Below, piece by piece: positions 20,201 through 31,332 of a DNA stretch of 64,000 nucleotides (positions are counted from its first letter, which is position 1; each line of letters starts with the position of its first letter). The DNA is from Promethearchaeota archaeon (GTDB taxonomy: Archaea; Asgardarchaeota; Lokiarchaeia; Sigyniarchaeales; SOKP01). The stretch spans positions 32,001-96,000 of the forward strand of contig JAHPZE010000010.1 of NCBI GenBank assembly GCA_019058365.1, given 5' to 3'. Under the pieces are notes generated by a model. It made no database searches. It was not told where the DNA came from and saw nothing but the letters and a program-made list of their open reading frames with translations. The position numbers and the translations under genes are program-made.

Positions 20201-23200
20201 AATTTGTTTAACTGAATAAATTGTCTCAGGATCTTCCGTGTTGAAAAGTAAATAGCTTCAGAAAGAAGATTGAAATAAAATATAAACTTGCAAAATAGGA
20301 AGGGGAGTATTTGGTTGAAAAGTAAATAGCTTCAGAAAGAAGATTGAAATATTACTTGACGCTCAATGTATTCCTTGTCATCAATTTCGTTGAAAAGTAA
20401 ATAGCTTCAGAAAGAAGATTGAAATATGTGGTATACATATTTATCTTACTGATCATTGCCACTGTTGAAAAGTAAATAGCTTCAGAAAGAAGATTGAAAT
20501 GGGCGTTATTTCAATGATGTTGCTCCAACCTTTACATCGTTGAAAAGTAAATAGCTTCAGAAAGAAGATTGAAATTCATAAAAAGAGATAAGATAAAAAA
20601 TAAGAATTTTTACGTTGAAAAGTAAATAGCTTCAGAAAGAAGATTGAAATATTCATAGGGGTATTTTGCTAGCAAACATTCTTAACGTTGAAAAGTAAAT
20701 AGCTTCAGAAAGAAGATTGAAATTTTATCAGAGATCTTCTTGTCTTTTATAGCCTCTTTATCGTTGAAAAGTAAATAGCTTCAGAAAGAAGATTGAAATG
20801 ACCATAAATTCTTCATTTATAGCATTAAGTCGAATCCCGTTGAAAAGTAAATAGCTTCAGAAAGAAGATTGAAATCACAGGGATCACGCGAGCCTCTAAC
20901 TTCGCAGCATAATTATGTTGAAAAGTAAATAGCTTCAGAAAGAAGATTGAAATACATGCGAACCAGCCATTTGCACTTCCACTAACCCATCTGTTGAAAA
21001 GTAAATAGCTTCAGAAAGAAGATTGAAATTTGGATTGCGGTCATGATGGCGACCAATTCATTATTATTTAAAGTTGAAAAGTAAATAGCTTCAGAAAGAA
21101 GATTGAAATATTATAGAATACCTTCCTAACTATGATGAATATCGTAATATGTTGAAAAGTAAATAGCTTCAGAAAGAAGATTGAAATCATTCAGATATGC
21201 GAATGGTATAGTAATCTCTTGAGTTGCGTTGAAAAGTAAATAGCTTCAGAAAGAAGATTGAAATATTATCTGAGGAAGCATCATTAGCGGCATTATCACT
21301 ACAGTTGAAAAGTAAATAGCTTCAGAAAGAAGATTGAAATTTCTCAAATCCTTCATTTCTGAGTTCGGCTTCATTTTCGCGTTGAAAAGTAAATAGCTTC
21401 AGAAAGAAGATTGAAATTTACCATAAACAACTTGGAAATTATTTGTATCAGAATGTTGAAAAGTAAATAGCTTCAGAAAGAAGATTGAAATTCTTATACT
21501 TAAAAGTCCTACTCCATTATCGATATATTGTTGAAAAGTAAATAGCTTCAGAAAGAAGATTGAAATATATTGACCAATTCTGTTAATCCAATTGGCAAAA
21601 GAATACCGTTGAAAAGTAAATAGCTTCAGAAAGAAGATTGAAATTGTAATATATTATGTCCAAACTCAAAAATTTATTACTGTTGAAAAGTAAATAGCTT
21701 CAGAAAGAAGATTGAAATTATAAAAGACAACGTGTTAAAGAAGTCATAACTGCTTTAAGTTGAAAAGTAAATAGCTTCAGAAAGAAGATTGAAATATGAG
21801 TTGGTCCATGGTATTTGTAATTGGAGATAATGGTTGAAAAGTAAATAGCTTCAGAAAGAAGATTGAAATTGCCATAAACTTCAGAATAGTATCTGAGAGT
21901 TTATTTAGTTGAAAAGTAAATAGCTTCAGAAAGAAGATTGAAATTCAAAAGAACACCTAATCTCATATAAGTCTAAAATATCGTTGAAAAGTAAATAGCT
22001 TCAGAAAGAAGATTGAAATCAAAGATGATCCACTCTGGAATTTCAACATTATCTTTGTTGAAAAGTAAATAGCTTCAGAAAGAAGATTGAAATGCTACGA
22101 TTATAATAGATAAGAACTCACTCATTTTAATCGTTGAAAAGTAAATAGCTTCAGAAAGAAGATTGAAATAAAAAGATTATACTACTATCCCAGAAGATGC
22201 ATTATATACAGAGTTGAAAAGTAAATAGCTTCAGAAAGAAGATTGAAATCACCATACAGAAAATCCTGTAAATATAGTAGAATAAGAGTTGAAAAGTAAA
22301 TAGCTTCAGAAAGAAGATTGAAATGCAACGTATCCTAAACCTAAAGGCAAAACAATTCCTATAGTTGAAAAGTAAATAGCTTCAGAAAGAAGATTGAAAT
22401 TACTGGTATCAGTGCTATAATAATTTCCGCCAAAAAGTTGAAAAGTAAATAGCTTCAGAAAGAAGATTGAAATATTAAATAATGACCAGTAAGATTAGAA
22501 AATAATACTAGTTGAAAAGTAAATAGCTTCAGAAAGAAGATTGAAATATTACAATTAAGGAATATATGCCTAAAATCAGACAAATAGTGTTGAAAAGTAA
22601 ATAGCTTCAGAAAGAAGATTGAAATTATATCTGCACCAAATATAAATTACCCGCGTCTTTTACTGTTGAAAAGTAAATAGCTTCAGAAAGAAGATTGAAA
22701 TAATATAACATAAGGTAAAGGGAAAGTATAAGATATTATCGTTGAAAAGTAAATAGCTTCAGAAAGAAGATTGAAATTAAAATCTGATATTATATTACTT
22801 CTGGCTACACTAAGGGTTGAAAAGTAAATAGCTTCAGAAAGAAGATTGAAATCTTTCTTTTTCCAAATTTATTGGAAATTTTTGGTAATGTTGAAAAGTA
22901 AATAGCTTCAGAAAGAAGATTGAAATGAAACGATTTTAAATTGTTAAAGTCTCAAGTTAAAAAGTTGAAAAGTAAATAGCTTCAGAAAGAAGATTGAAAT
23001 TTAATTGATACAATTTTGTCCCATATTAAGTCTCGAACTGTTGAAAAGTAAATAGCTTCAGAAAGAAGATTGAAATATATAAGAAAGAATAGTTCCTATT
23101 GAACCTATTATCAATGTTGAAAAGTAAATAGCTTCAGAAAGAAGATTGAAATTACACTATAAGTATAATGAATGGTTCTTATATCCTCTTGGTTGAAAAG

Positions 23201-25193
23201 TAAATAGCTTCAGAAAGAAGATTGAAATTTTTAACGATTTCTCTATTCATTTTACGTTCTTTTTTCAGTTGAAAAGTAAATAGCTTCAGAAAGAAGATTG
23301 AAATTGATTTTCTCCCCCGCAGGAACATTGGCATTTTTCAGGTTCGTTGAAAAGTAAATAGCTTCAGAAAGAAGATTGAAATATCCAAAACTCTCTCGTC
23401 CCCGCTGTCGCTTGCGTTTCATGTTGAAAAGTAAATAGCTTCAGAAAGAAGATTGAAATATCGAAATTTTTCATCACCTTTTTATTTCCACTGCAGTTGA
23501 AAAGTAAATAGCTTCAGAAAGAAGATTGAAATTGAAAATAATGAATATTATTACTGAATTAAACCCTTCTGAGTTGAAAAGTAAATAGCTTCAGAAAGAA
23601 GATTGAAATTATTTTATCCCTTTTTTTGCTTTAATTTTATCTTTTCCGTTGAAAAGTAAATAGCTTCAGAAAGAAGATTGAAATGAATGAAGCATTTTAA
23701 TATATTTTTTTACATCTCTTTCGTTGAAAAGTAAATAGCTTCAGAAAGAAGATTGAAATGATAGAATTGCCATCGAGAGAAGAATCAATGTAATTAAGTT
23801 GAAAAGTAAATAGCTTCAGAAAGAAGATTGAAATAAGGGCACTATAACCTCAATCGGTTCCTCGATTATTGGGTTGAAAAGTAAATAGCTTCAGAAAGAA
23901 GATTGAAATTAGTATAAAAGTATGATCATGAGGGACTAATAAATTAGTGTTGAAAAGTAAATAGCTTCAGAAAGAAGATTGAAATTAGCCCATATCTTAA
24001 GTTGGTCAGCTCCATCCCCAAGTTGAAAAGTAAATAGCTTCAGAAAGAAGATTGAAATATCGATAAATGCTTCCCATCCAAACAAAACCCCACCAAATGT
24101 CGAAAAGTAAATAGCTTCAGAAAGAAGATTGAAATTACATAAGCCAATAAAACCCGCTTGATTTTGCGCTATTGTCGAAAAGTAAATAGCTTCAGAAAGA
24201 AGATTGAAATTTGATTGCTTGTAATAATGTATAAATATCTAATTCATGTGTCGAAAAGTAAATAGCTTCAGAAAGAAGATTGAAATGGAAATCAGTAATA
24301 TCCAGATGAGCCTGACCGATGACATGCGTCGAAAAGTAAATAGCTTCAGAAAGAAGATTGAAATAATTACTTGTTCCATTCCAAATATGAGCCCACTCAT
24401 TAGTGTCGAAAAGTAAATAGCTTCAGAAAGAAGATTGAAATGAATGAAGCATTTTAATATATTTTTTTACATCTCTTTCGTTGAAAAGTAAATAGCTTCA
24501 GAAAGAAGATTGAAATGATAGAATTGCCATCGAGAGAAGAATCAATGTAATTAAGTTGAAAAGTAAATAGCTTCAGAAAGAAGATTGAAATAAGGGCACT
24601 ATAACCTCAATCGGTTCCTCGATTATTGGGTTGAAAAGTAAATAGCTTCAGAAAGAAGATTGAAATTAGTATAAAAGTATGATCATGAGGGACTAATAAA
24701 TTAGTGTTGAAAAGTAAATAGCTTCAGAAAGAAGATTGAAATATTTAAATAATATGTTATTCAACTATACCTTTTTCTATAATGTCGAAAAGTAAATAGC
24801 TTCAGAAAGAAGATTGAAATTATGTTTTTTCATGACTTCATAAGCATGTGGAGTAATAGTTGAAAAGTAAATAGCTTCAGAAAGAAGATTGAAATTTAGT
24901 TTTTTTATCCGGGATGATTTCTTTTTTTGAATCGTTGAAAAGTAAATAGCTTCAGAAAGAAGATTGAAATAAAATACCACGCCCTTTCTGTCTCAAACTC
25001 TAAAAGTGTTGAAAAGTAAATAGCTTCAGAAAGAAGATTGAAATGTTCCCTGTCCTGTGTCTCCCATGCGACCACGACCTTTAGTCGAAAAGTAAATAGC
25101 TTCAGAAAGAAGATTGAAATTCAGGATATTTTTCTAACAAAGGAAGTCCTAAATGTGTTGAAAAGTAAATAGCTTCAGAAAGAAGATTGAAAT
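17206..25193 (+). CRISPR. CRISPR array: ~106 repeats GTTGAAAAGTAAATAGCTTCAGAAAGAAGATTGAAAT (37 nt), ~105 spacers of ~35-44 nt
   Basis: Counted by hand. Seven distal repeats are GTCG variants and one 4-spacer block is duplicated. Confidence 0.99.
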
Positions 25194-25385
25194 TTAATCT
25201 CGTTCTTTTTAACATCTATAGAATTATATACCGAAAAGATGGATTCATATGATTTAAATTGTTGTTAACGAATAAATATTTAAATATAACCGTGAACAAT
25301 TAAAATTATCTCTAAAAAATCCATCAAAATTTATATTCTTAGTTTCAATGAACTTAAGCAATTTATATAAAAAGGGTTTAAAAAA

Positions 25386-27047
25386 ATGGCTATAGAAAGA
25401 ATTCTAGCGATTTATGACATTTTAGGTATTCAAGATTTTATATTTTCAGCAAATAAGCTTAAAGAGAATTTAGGTGGGTCTATCATTGTTCAAGAAACAT
25501 TTGAAAACGATTTATGTGAAATAATTATAGACAATTGTAATAATCCTTTAATAAATATTCAAAACAGTGATATTGATTGGGAAAAAAATAGTCATGATGC
25601 AGTTGTTGTATATTATAGAGGTGGAAATGCATTAGTCATTTTTAATGATATTGAAACAGCAAAACTGATTACTGAAAAATTAGCTCTTAAAGTGTTAAAT
25701 AATTCAGGTGGTTTGCTTAACTTTATGGTGGCCTATTATCCCTCAAAATTAAAGAATTTTCAAGATGATTTTCGCAAACTTATGTTAGACCTTAAGAATA
25801 AAAAAAATTCTCATATACTTACCACACCTCTTTTAGGAATAGGAATTACGAAAACCGATCTGTCAAGTGGTTTACCTGCATTTAAGATATATGAGAGGGA
25901 TTTTATTTCGAAGCCCTCTTTATTAAAAAGGAAAAAAGCAGAAAAACAGTTGAAAACAGATGGGAAGAAAAGGTATTATGACTTTTTGCTAAAGAATATT
26001 AAAGCTGAATATGACTTTCCTTTAGATTTAGATGATCTAGGGCAAAAGATAGGAGAAAAATATGTAGCTATTGTACATATCGATGGAGATAATATGGGGC
26101 AAAAAATTCAAACTTTTTTAGATAAAACTCATGATAATTACAACGAAACCATATATAGAATGAGCATGCTTTCTAGAAAAATTGATGATTTATACCGAAC
26201 AGTGATGAGAAAAGTTGTTGAGGATGTTGCTAAAATCTTAAAAGATGATAAATTTCGGAAAATGTTTGAAATTAAAAAAATAAAAGATACTGATAAAGAA
26301 TTCTTACCAATTAGGCCTATTATTTTAAATGGAGATGATATTACTTTTGTTTGTAATGGTAAAATAGGTATCAATTTAGCAGAGATATTCCTCAAAAAAC
26401 TTGCAAAATCAGAATTAAGAATATCTGGAGAGATCATAGAACATTCTGCGAGTGCGGGAGTTGTAATCGTTAAATCACATTTTCCTTTTGATAAAGCTTA
26501 TACAATAGTAGAAGAGCTCTGTAAATCTGCTAAAATTAAAGGAAAAATATTGCAAGAACAACATGAAGAAGAAAGAAAACGAGGGTTCTGGTTAGATTTT
26601 CATGTTATTCAATCGGGGCTTACATCAGATTTGAGCGAAACAAGAAAGAATCAATATAATCTTTCAGATATACCTCATCCAGACAAATTAGTATCTCCAA
26701 CCAGCCAAATACATTATCAACAGTATAATCTATTGTGGAGACCTTGGTTAATTATAGGTGAAAATCATTTAAATCGTTATAATTGGTCCCATTTAAAATC
26801 TCTCTTATATGAATTTAATAGTTCTAAAGAAGATTGGCCAAAATCTAAACTAAAAAAATTACATCAATTATTAACAATTTCTAAGGATAAAGTGGATGGA
26901 TTTTTATTAAGAATGGAAAGCAGAGACATAAAACTTCCAAATTTTTTAAATGATAATATAATTTTTTATAATGGGCAAACTCCTTATTGCGATGCCTTAG
27001 AGATAATGGATTATTATTATATAGAAATGAAGGAGCTCTTAAAATGA
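25386..27047 (+). CDS. cas10: Type III-D Cas10, HD-less, Palm motif NGDD
   Basis: GIQDFIF..LKENLGGS, HIDGDNMG, PIILNGDD and AEELC-like VEELCKSAK motifs; no N-terminal HD domain. Confidence 0.93.
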   Translation: MAIERILAIYDILGIQDFIFSANKLKENLGGSIIVQETFENDLCEIIIDNCNNPLINIQNSDIDWEKNSHDAVVVYYRGGNALVIFNDIETAKLITEKLALKVLNNSGGLLNFMVAYYPSKLKNFQDDFRKLMLDLKNKKNSHILTTPLLGIGITKTDLSSGLPAFKIYERDFISKPSLLKRKKAEKQLKTDGKKRYYDFLLKNIKAEYDFPLDLDDLGQKIGEKYVAIVHIDGDNMGQKIQTFLDKTHDNYNETIYRMSMLSRKIDDLYRTVMRKVVEDVAKILKDDKFRKMFEIKKIKDTDKEFLPIRPIILNGDDITFVCNGKIGINLAEIFLKKLAKSELRISGEIIEHSASAGVVIVKSHFPFDKAYTIVEELCKSAKIKGKILQEQHEEERKRGFWLDFHVIQSGLTSDLSETRKNQYNLSDIPHPDKLVSPTSQIHYQQYNLLWRPWLIIGENHLNRYNWSHLKSLLYEFNSSKEDWPKSKLKKLHQLLTISKDKVDGFLLRMESRDIKLPNFLNDNIIFYNGQTPYCDALEIMDYYYIEMKELLK

Positions 27048-29365
27048 AAGTAAAATTAGAACTGGAATTATTAGCAGATGCTTTACCTGGTTCTGGAGAA
27101 TCCATTGTGAGTTATATTGATCAAGATGTAGTTTTTGATAAATATGGATTACCATATCTTCCTTCAAAGAGGATAAAGGGTGTCTTGAGAGTGTCTGCGA
27201 GAGATATCTCAGATTTAGGAGAACTTCAAAATCCTGTGGAAAATATTTTTGGAACAGATGGGAGTTCAAGAACCGCTTTTAGAATATCAAATGGATATAT
27301 TAAAAATTATAGAAATTATCGAGATTTTTTAAAATTCACAGAATTTATAGACAATTTAAAATTTAAAAGTAATGTATCCTCTGATATTTTCTCACAATCT
27401 TCAATAAAATCGTACTTTTCATACATTAGGACTCAAATAGCAGTTGACCGTAAAAGTGGGACCTCCCAAGAGGGTTCTCTTCGGATATTTCGAATACTTA
27501 GAAAAGGATTGATCTTTAATTTTGTTGTTGAGATAAATGACGATTATTTTGTTGATTTTAAAAAGATCTGTGCGATTACACGACATTTTGGAACCGCAAG
27601 AACAAGAGGGTTCGGTGAAATATCCCTCAAAATTGAAAAAAAGTTTAATGGCAATCAAAAAGCTCCTAAAAGTGAACTAATCTCTTCCAATGCTAATGTA
27701 AAAAAAGAAAATGAAAATGATTCTAATAAAGCCCAAAGCGAATTATTATACACCATCGAACTCAAATTAACTAATAAAGAGCAGTTATTAGTGTCAAATC
27801 TTATTAGTGGTCTACAAACAAGTGAATTATTTATAAGAGGCAGTTACATCCGTGGGGCATTAGCAAATTTTTATATTAATAAAAACTCTATTAAAGATCC
27901 ACTTCAAGATAATAACTTTTACCAAATTTTTCTTTCTGATAAAGTGATTTTTTCTAATCTTTATCCGTTCAGAAATAATAAAATATTCTTTCCAACACCT
28001 TTCTCGATTGTGAAAGAAAAAAGTACGGAAAAATATTATGATTTAGCATATGAAGAGGATAAAGCTAAAATTGTGGAAAGTGAAATTCAAACAGTACCAG
28101 TTGGGGGTTATACAGTAATTGAATCAGCTAAATTGATGTCTTATTCTTTAGCGAGCAAGATTGAAAGCCACCATCTTAGACCTAAAAATCGTAAGATTGG
28201 TCATGCTAAAAAAGGGGATGCGGAATCAAAAGTAAAAACAGGAACATTCTTTCATTATGACGTTTTAGAGCCGAATACTCAATTTAAAGGCAAGATTATT
28301 GGGAGATCTGGAGATTTGAAGCCTATCGTCGATATATTACCAAAACGGATGGTAATATATTTAGGAAAGTCAAGAACTGCTCAATATGGGAAATGTAAAC
28401 TAATAATAGAATCATATAAAAAATCGAAAAAGCCAATTCAATTAGATATTAATCAGAAAATAGTAATTACATTATTATCTGATATGATTTTGGTTAATAA
28501 ATATGGAAATATAACACCCGATCCGAGGATTTTTTTAAAAGAATTTGCTGATTTTTTTAAGATCAAAGAAACTAACATTAAGATTAAACATTCTTTTTTG
28601 AAATTTAAAAAAGTAGGTGGTTTTAATTCTAAATGGAAATTTCCTAAAATGCAGAGCCAAGCTTTAGCTGCAGGTTCGGTAATAATAATAAAATTACAAG
28701 ATATCGAACATCTTGAAGTAAATAATAACGAGCCTTTAGTTTTTGGTCTGAGGAAATCAGAAGGATATGGACTAATAGATATTAATAAACATGGGTTTTC
28801 AAAGATTGAAAAAGATATAGCTGATCTTGATAAAATTTACCAAATTATCCCTCAAAATGATGAAATGCCGAAAGATTTGATAGATTATTGCATAAGTCGA
28901 GCTTTAAAATCTACACTGGAAAGCGAAGCAATTAAAAAAGCAAAATCAATTTCTAAATCTAAGATATCTAAGATTTCTAGATCCTTTTTACAAAGATTAT
29001 TAATATTTGCGAATTCATCTAAAACTATCCAAGTGTTAAACAATAAATTAAAAGACTTAAAAGATAATGCTAATCAAAAACTAAAAATGATTGAGAAAGA
29101 AGTATTTATTGAGAACGAGAATGTTCAATTTGAACTTTTTAAAAATGAACTTTTTTTGAAGATTTTGGATGAAAAATTCTTTAATTATGAAAATATTGAA
29201 AAATTTCAAACTAATAATGAAATCAAGGATTATTTAAAGAAGTTAATAGGTGAAAAGACAACTTACTTAGAAAATAATAATAAAGTTATAAAGTTTTATC
29301 GGATCTATTTAAAATTTTATTTAACAAATCTAATTCTTAAATCTAAGGTGGAAATCAGAAAATGA
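27044..29365 (+). CDS. csx10: Csx10-like Cas7-Cas5 fusion with helical Cas11-like C-terminus (ATG at 27044)
   Basis: GLPYLPSKRIKG, FGTARTRGFG, LGKSRTAQYG and GLRKSEGYG RAMP loops, then ~150 aa of helical tail; ATGA overlap with cas10. Confidence 0.88.
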   Translation: MKVKLELELLADALPGSGESIVSYIDQDVVFDKYGLPYLPSKRIKGVLRVSARDISDLGELQNPVENIFGTDGSSRTAFRISNGYIKNYRNYRDFLKFTEFIDNLKFKSNVSSDIFSQSSIKSYFSYIRTQIAVDRKSGTSQEGSLRIFRILRKGLIFNFVVEINDDYFVDFKKICAITRHFGTARTRGFGEISLKIEKKFNGNQKAPKSELISSNANVKKENENDSNKAQSELLYTIELKLTNKEQLLVSNLISGLQTSELFIRGSYIRGALANFYINKNSIKDPLQDNNFYQIFLSDKVIFSNLYPFRNNKIFFPTPFSIVKEKSTEKYYDLAYEEDKAKIVESEIQTVPVGGYTVIESAKLMSYSLASKIESHHLRPKNRKIGHAKKGDAESKVKTGTFFHYDVLEPNTQFKGKIIGRSGDLKPIVDILPKRMVIYLGKSRTAQYGKCKLIIESYKKSKKPIQLDINQKIVITLLSDMILVNKYGNITPDPRIFLKEFADFFKIKETNIKIKHSFLKFKKVGGFNSKWKFPKMQSQALAAGSVIIIKLQDIEHLEVNNNEPLVFGLRKSEGYGLIDINKHGFSKIEKDIADLDKIYQIIPQNDEMPKDLIDYCISRALKSTLESEAIKKAKSISKSKISKISRSFLQRLLIFANSSKTIQVLNNKLKDLKDNANQKLKMIEKEVFIENENVQFELFKNELFLKILDEKFFNYENIEKFQTNNEIKDYLKKLIGEKTTYLENNNKVIKFYRIYLKFYLTNLILKSKVEIRK

Positions 29366-30735
29366 ATGAAGATGATATAATTGTGGGGAAATATTATGTT
29401 ATGGGAGATTTATTTTTGAGCTCTCCATTAATTGTTGGTTCTGGGGAAGATATAATTTCAGATAAAGATTTTATAAGGAATTGGGATGATGAATTATTTA
29501 TTCCTGCGACCTCTGTTGCGGGTGCATGTAGACATTACCTTGATAAACATTTTTTTCATGATGAGAATGAAGCAGAAAATAAATTAATTAGAGAAGTTTT
29601 TGGGGAGATAGAAAAGAATTCTACTCAAAGCTTAATTATTTTTTATGATTGTGATAATTTTAAAGATATTAAGATAAATTTACGGGACGGAGTTGACATC
29701 GATTATTACCTTCGGGTTGCTAAAAAAAAGGCAAAGTTTAATTATGAAATAATTGAACCTGGAGCATCATGTCGATTTAGAATTGAATTAACTATTCGCG
29801 CTAAAAAGAATGAAAAAGCGATCTTATCAAAAATAGAAAATCTGCTATATTTATTACTTGAAGGATTTATAAACAAGAAGATACAATTAGGAGCAAAAAC
29901 AACTAGAGGATTCGGGAATGTTTTGTTAAAAAATTGTAAAATATTAAAATTAGATTTACAGAATGAACCAGATCGTAATATTTGGATTAATTTTAGATGG
30001 AATGATTGGGAAAATTGGGAAATGTTAAGAAATTTTGAGGGTCTCATTGATTTAAATCAATTAACTCAGAAAGATCTGGTTGATAGCATACAAGAATCAA
30101 AAATGTTCAAAATAGAGCTTGATTTTTTGATTCCTTATTCTTTATTAATTAGAACCCCAAACCCAAATCCTGGAGGAGAAGATGTGGCTCATTTATTATC
30201 TAATGGAGAACCCGCCATACCTGGAACATCTTGGGCTGGTGTGCTGCAGAATGCCATATTTCAAATTGCTTGGTCACTTAATAGAATTAATGATTTTGAG
30301 CTGATATTAAAAGAACTTTTTGGATACGTAGAAACTAAAACAAAAGATTTAATGTATAAATTGCGGGCTCAAAAATCTCTTATATATATTAAAGAGAGTA
30401 TTATTAAAAATTCTAAATTATTCAGCTATACTAGAAATAAGATTGATAGATTCACAGGGGGTACAATAGAAGGAGCTCTATTCTCAGAGAAAGTATCTTA
30501 CCAGGGAAATGTTAAATTAGAAATAGTGGTAAAAGATTACGAAGATTATCATATTGGAGCCATATTATTGGGAATAAAAGAATTATGGTATGGATTGCAA
30601 CCCGTAGGAGGGAGTGCTAATATTGGACGAGGTATCTTGGAGGGAAAGAACTTGATAATTAATGGAAAAGAATCTAACTTAGAATCAATTGATTTAAACA
30701 CTTATTATTCAGCATTATATGAAAAAATTTCTTAA
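29362..30735 (+). CDS. csm3: Tandem Cas7-Cas7 (Csm3/group 7 RAMP)
   Basis: Two RAMP units: IPATSVAG..LGAKTTRGFG and IPGTSWAG..IDRFTGG..VGGSANIGRG. Confidence 0.9.
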   Translation: MNEDDIIVGKYYVMGDLFLSSPLIVGSGEDIISDKDFIRNWDDELFIPATSVAGACRHYLDKHFFHDENEAENKLIREVFGEIEKNSTQSLIIFYDCDNFKDIKINLRDGVDIDYYLRVAKKKAKFNYEIIEPGASCRFRIELTIRAKKNEKAILSKIENLLYLLLEGFINKKIQLGAKTTRGFGNVLLKNCKILKLDLQNEPDRNIWINFRWNDWENWEMLRNFEGLIDLNQLTQKDLVDSIQESKMFKIELDFLIPYSLLIRTPNPNPGGEDVAHLLSNGEPAIPGTSWAGVLQNAIFQIAWSLNRINDFELILKELFGYVETKTKDLMYKLRAQKSLIYIKESIIKNSKLFSYTRNKIDRFTGGTIEGALFSEKVSYQGNVKLEIVVKDYEDYHIGAILLGIKELWYGLQPVGGSANIGRGILEGKNLIINGKESNLESIDLNTYYSALYEKIS

Positions 30736-30762
30736 AAAAAAATTAGGCGTGAAAATAATATT

Positions 30763-31332
30763 ATGATCAATAAAATTAAAACTAAAGCTGAAGTAGGCAA
30801 ATTGGATATTGACTTATTACAATTTCTAATCAATTCTGCCAAAAATGAGCTTGGGGGTAAATGCTTTCTAATTGTATATAAATACAACGAGATTTATTTA
30901 GGGCTAATAAATAATAATACGATTATGAAAGGTTACTTAGAACTGAATAGAGTAAATGTTAAAAATGAACTAAATATCAATCATATTTTAGATCTAAGAA
31001 TGTTTTGCGAGAAAGGAGAACTTCATTTATGGAAATATAATGATACTCTCCAATGGAGATTAAGAAAAGATGGGGAGGGGGAAGATTGTGATATATATGA
31101 AGAGGATCATTATATTTGGGGGACTAAAATCTCAGATGAAGATGAATTTTCAATTATTGAAGAATGTCGAGGTATGCAATTAACATTTCCCTTTTCTTTA
31201 AAAGAGCAACCTTTACCTTTAAAATATAAAGTCCGAAATTATATAAAATATGATGGTGACGGATTAATAAATTTTATTGATTCTCGCATTGTTCATTTTA
31301 TCAATAATAATGGAGGTGTCTTAAATTCCTAG
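30763..31332 (+). CDS. csx19: Type III-D Csx19
   Basis: LDLRMFCEKGELHLWK, YIWGT and VRNYI..DSR motifs; position in the operon. Confidence 0.88.
   Translation: MINKIKTKAEVGKLDIDLLQFLINSAKNELGGKCFLIVYKYNEIYLGLINNNTIMKGYLELNRVNVKNELNINHILDLRMFCEKGELHLWKYNDTLQWRLRKDGEGEDCDIYEEDHYIWGTKISDEDEFSIIEECRGMQLTFPFSLKEQPLPLKYKVRNYIKYDGDGLINFIDSRIVHFINNNGGVLNS

Noticed and set aside
17254-24980. ORFs with repeated FNLLSEAIYFST (17254-17574, 18854-19069, 24777-24980; also 41771-42004)
   Set aside because: They are translations of CRISPR repeats.
17206-25193. Self-targeting spacers within the window
   Set aside because: No convincing match was seen by eye; an exhaustive alignment could not be run.
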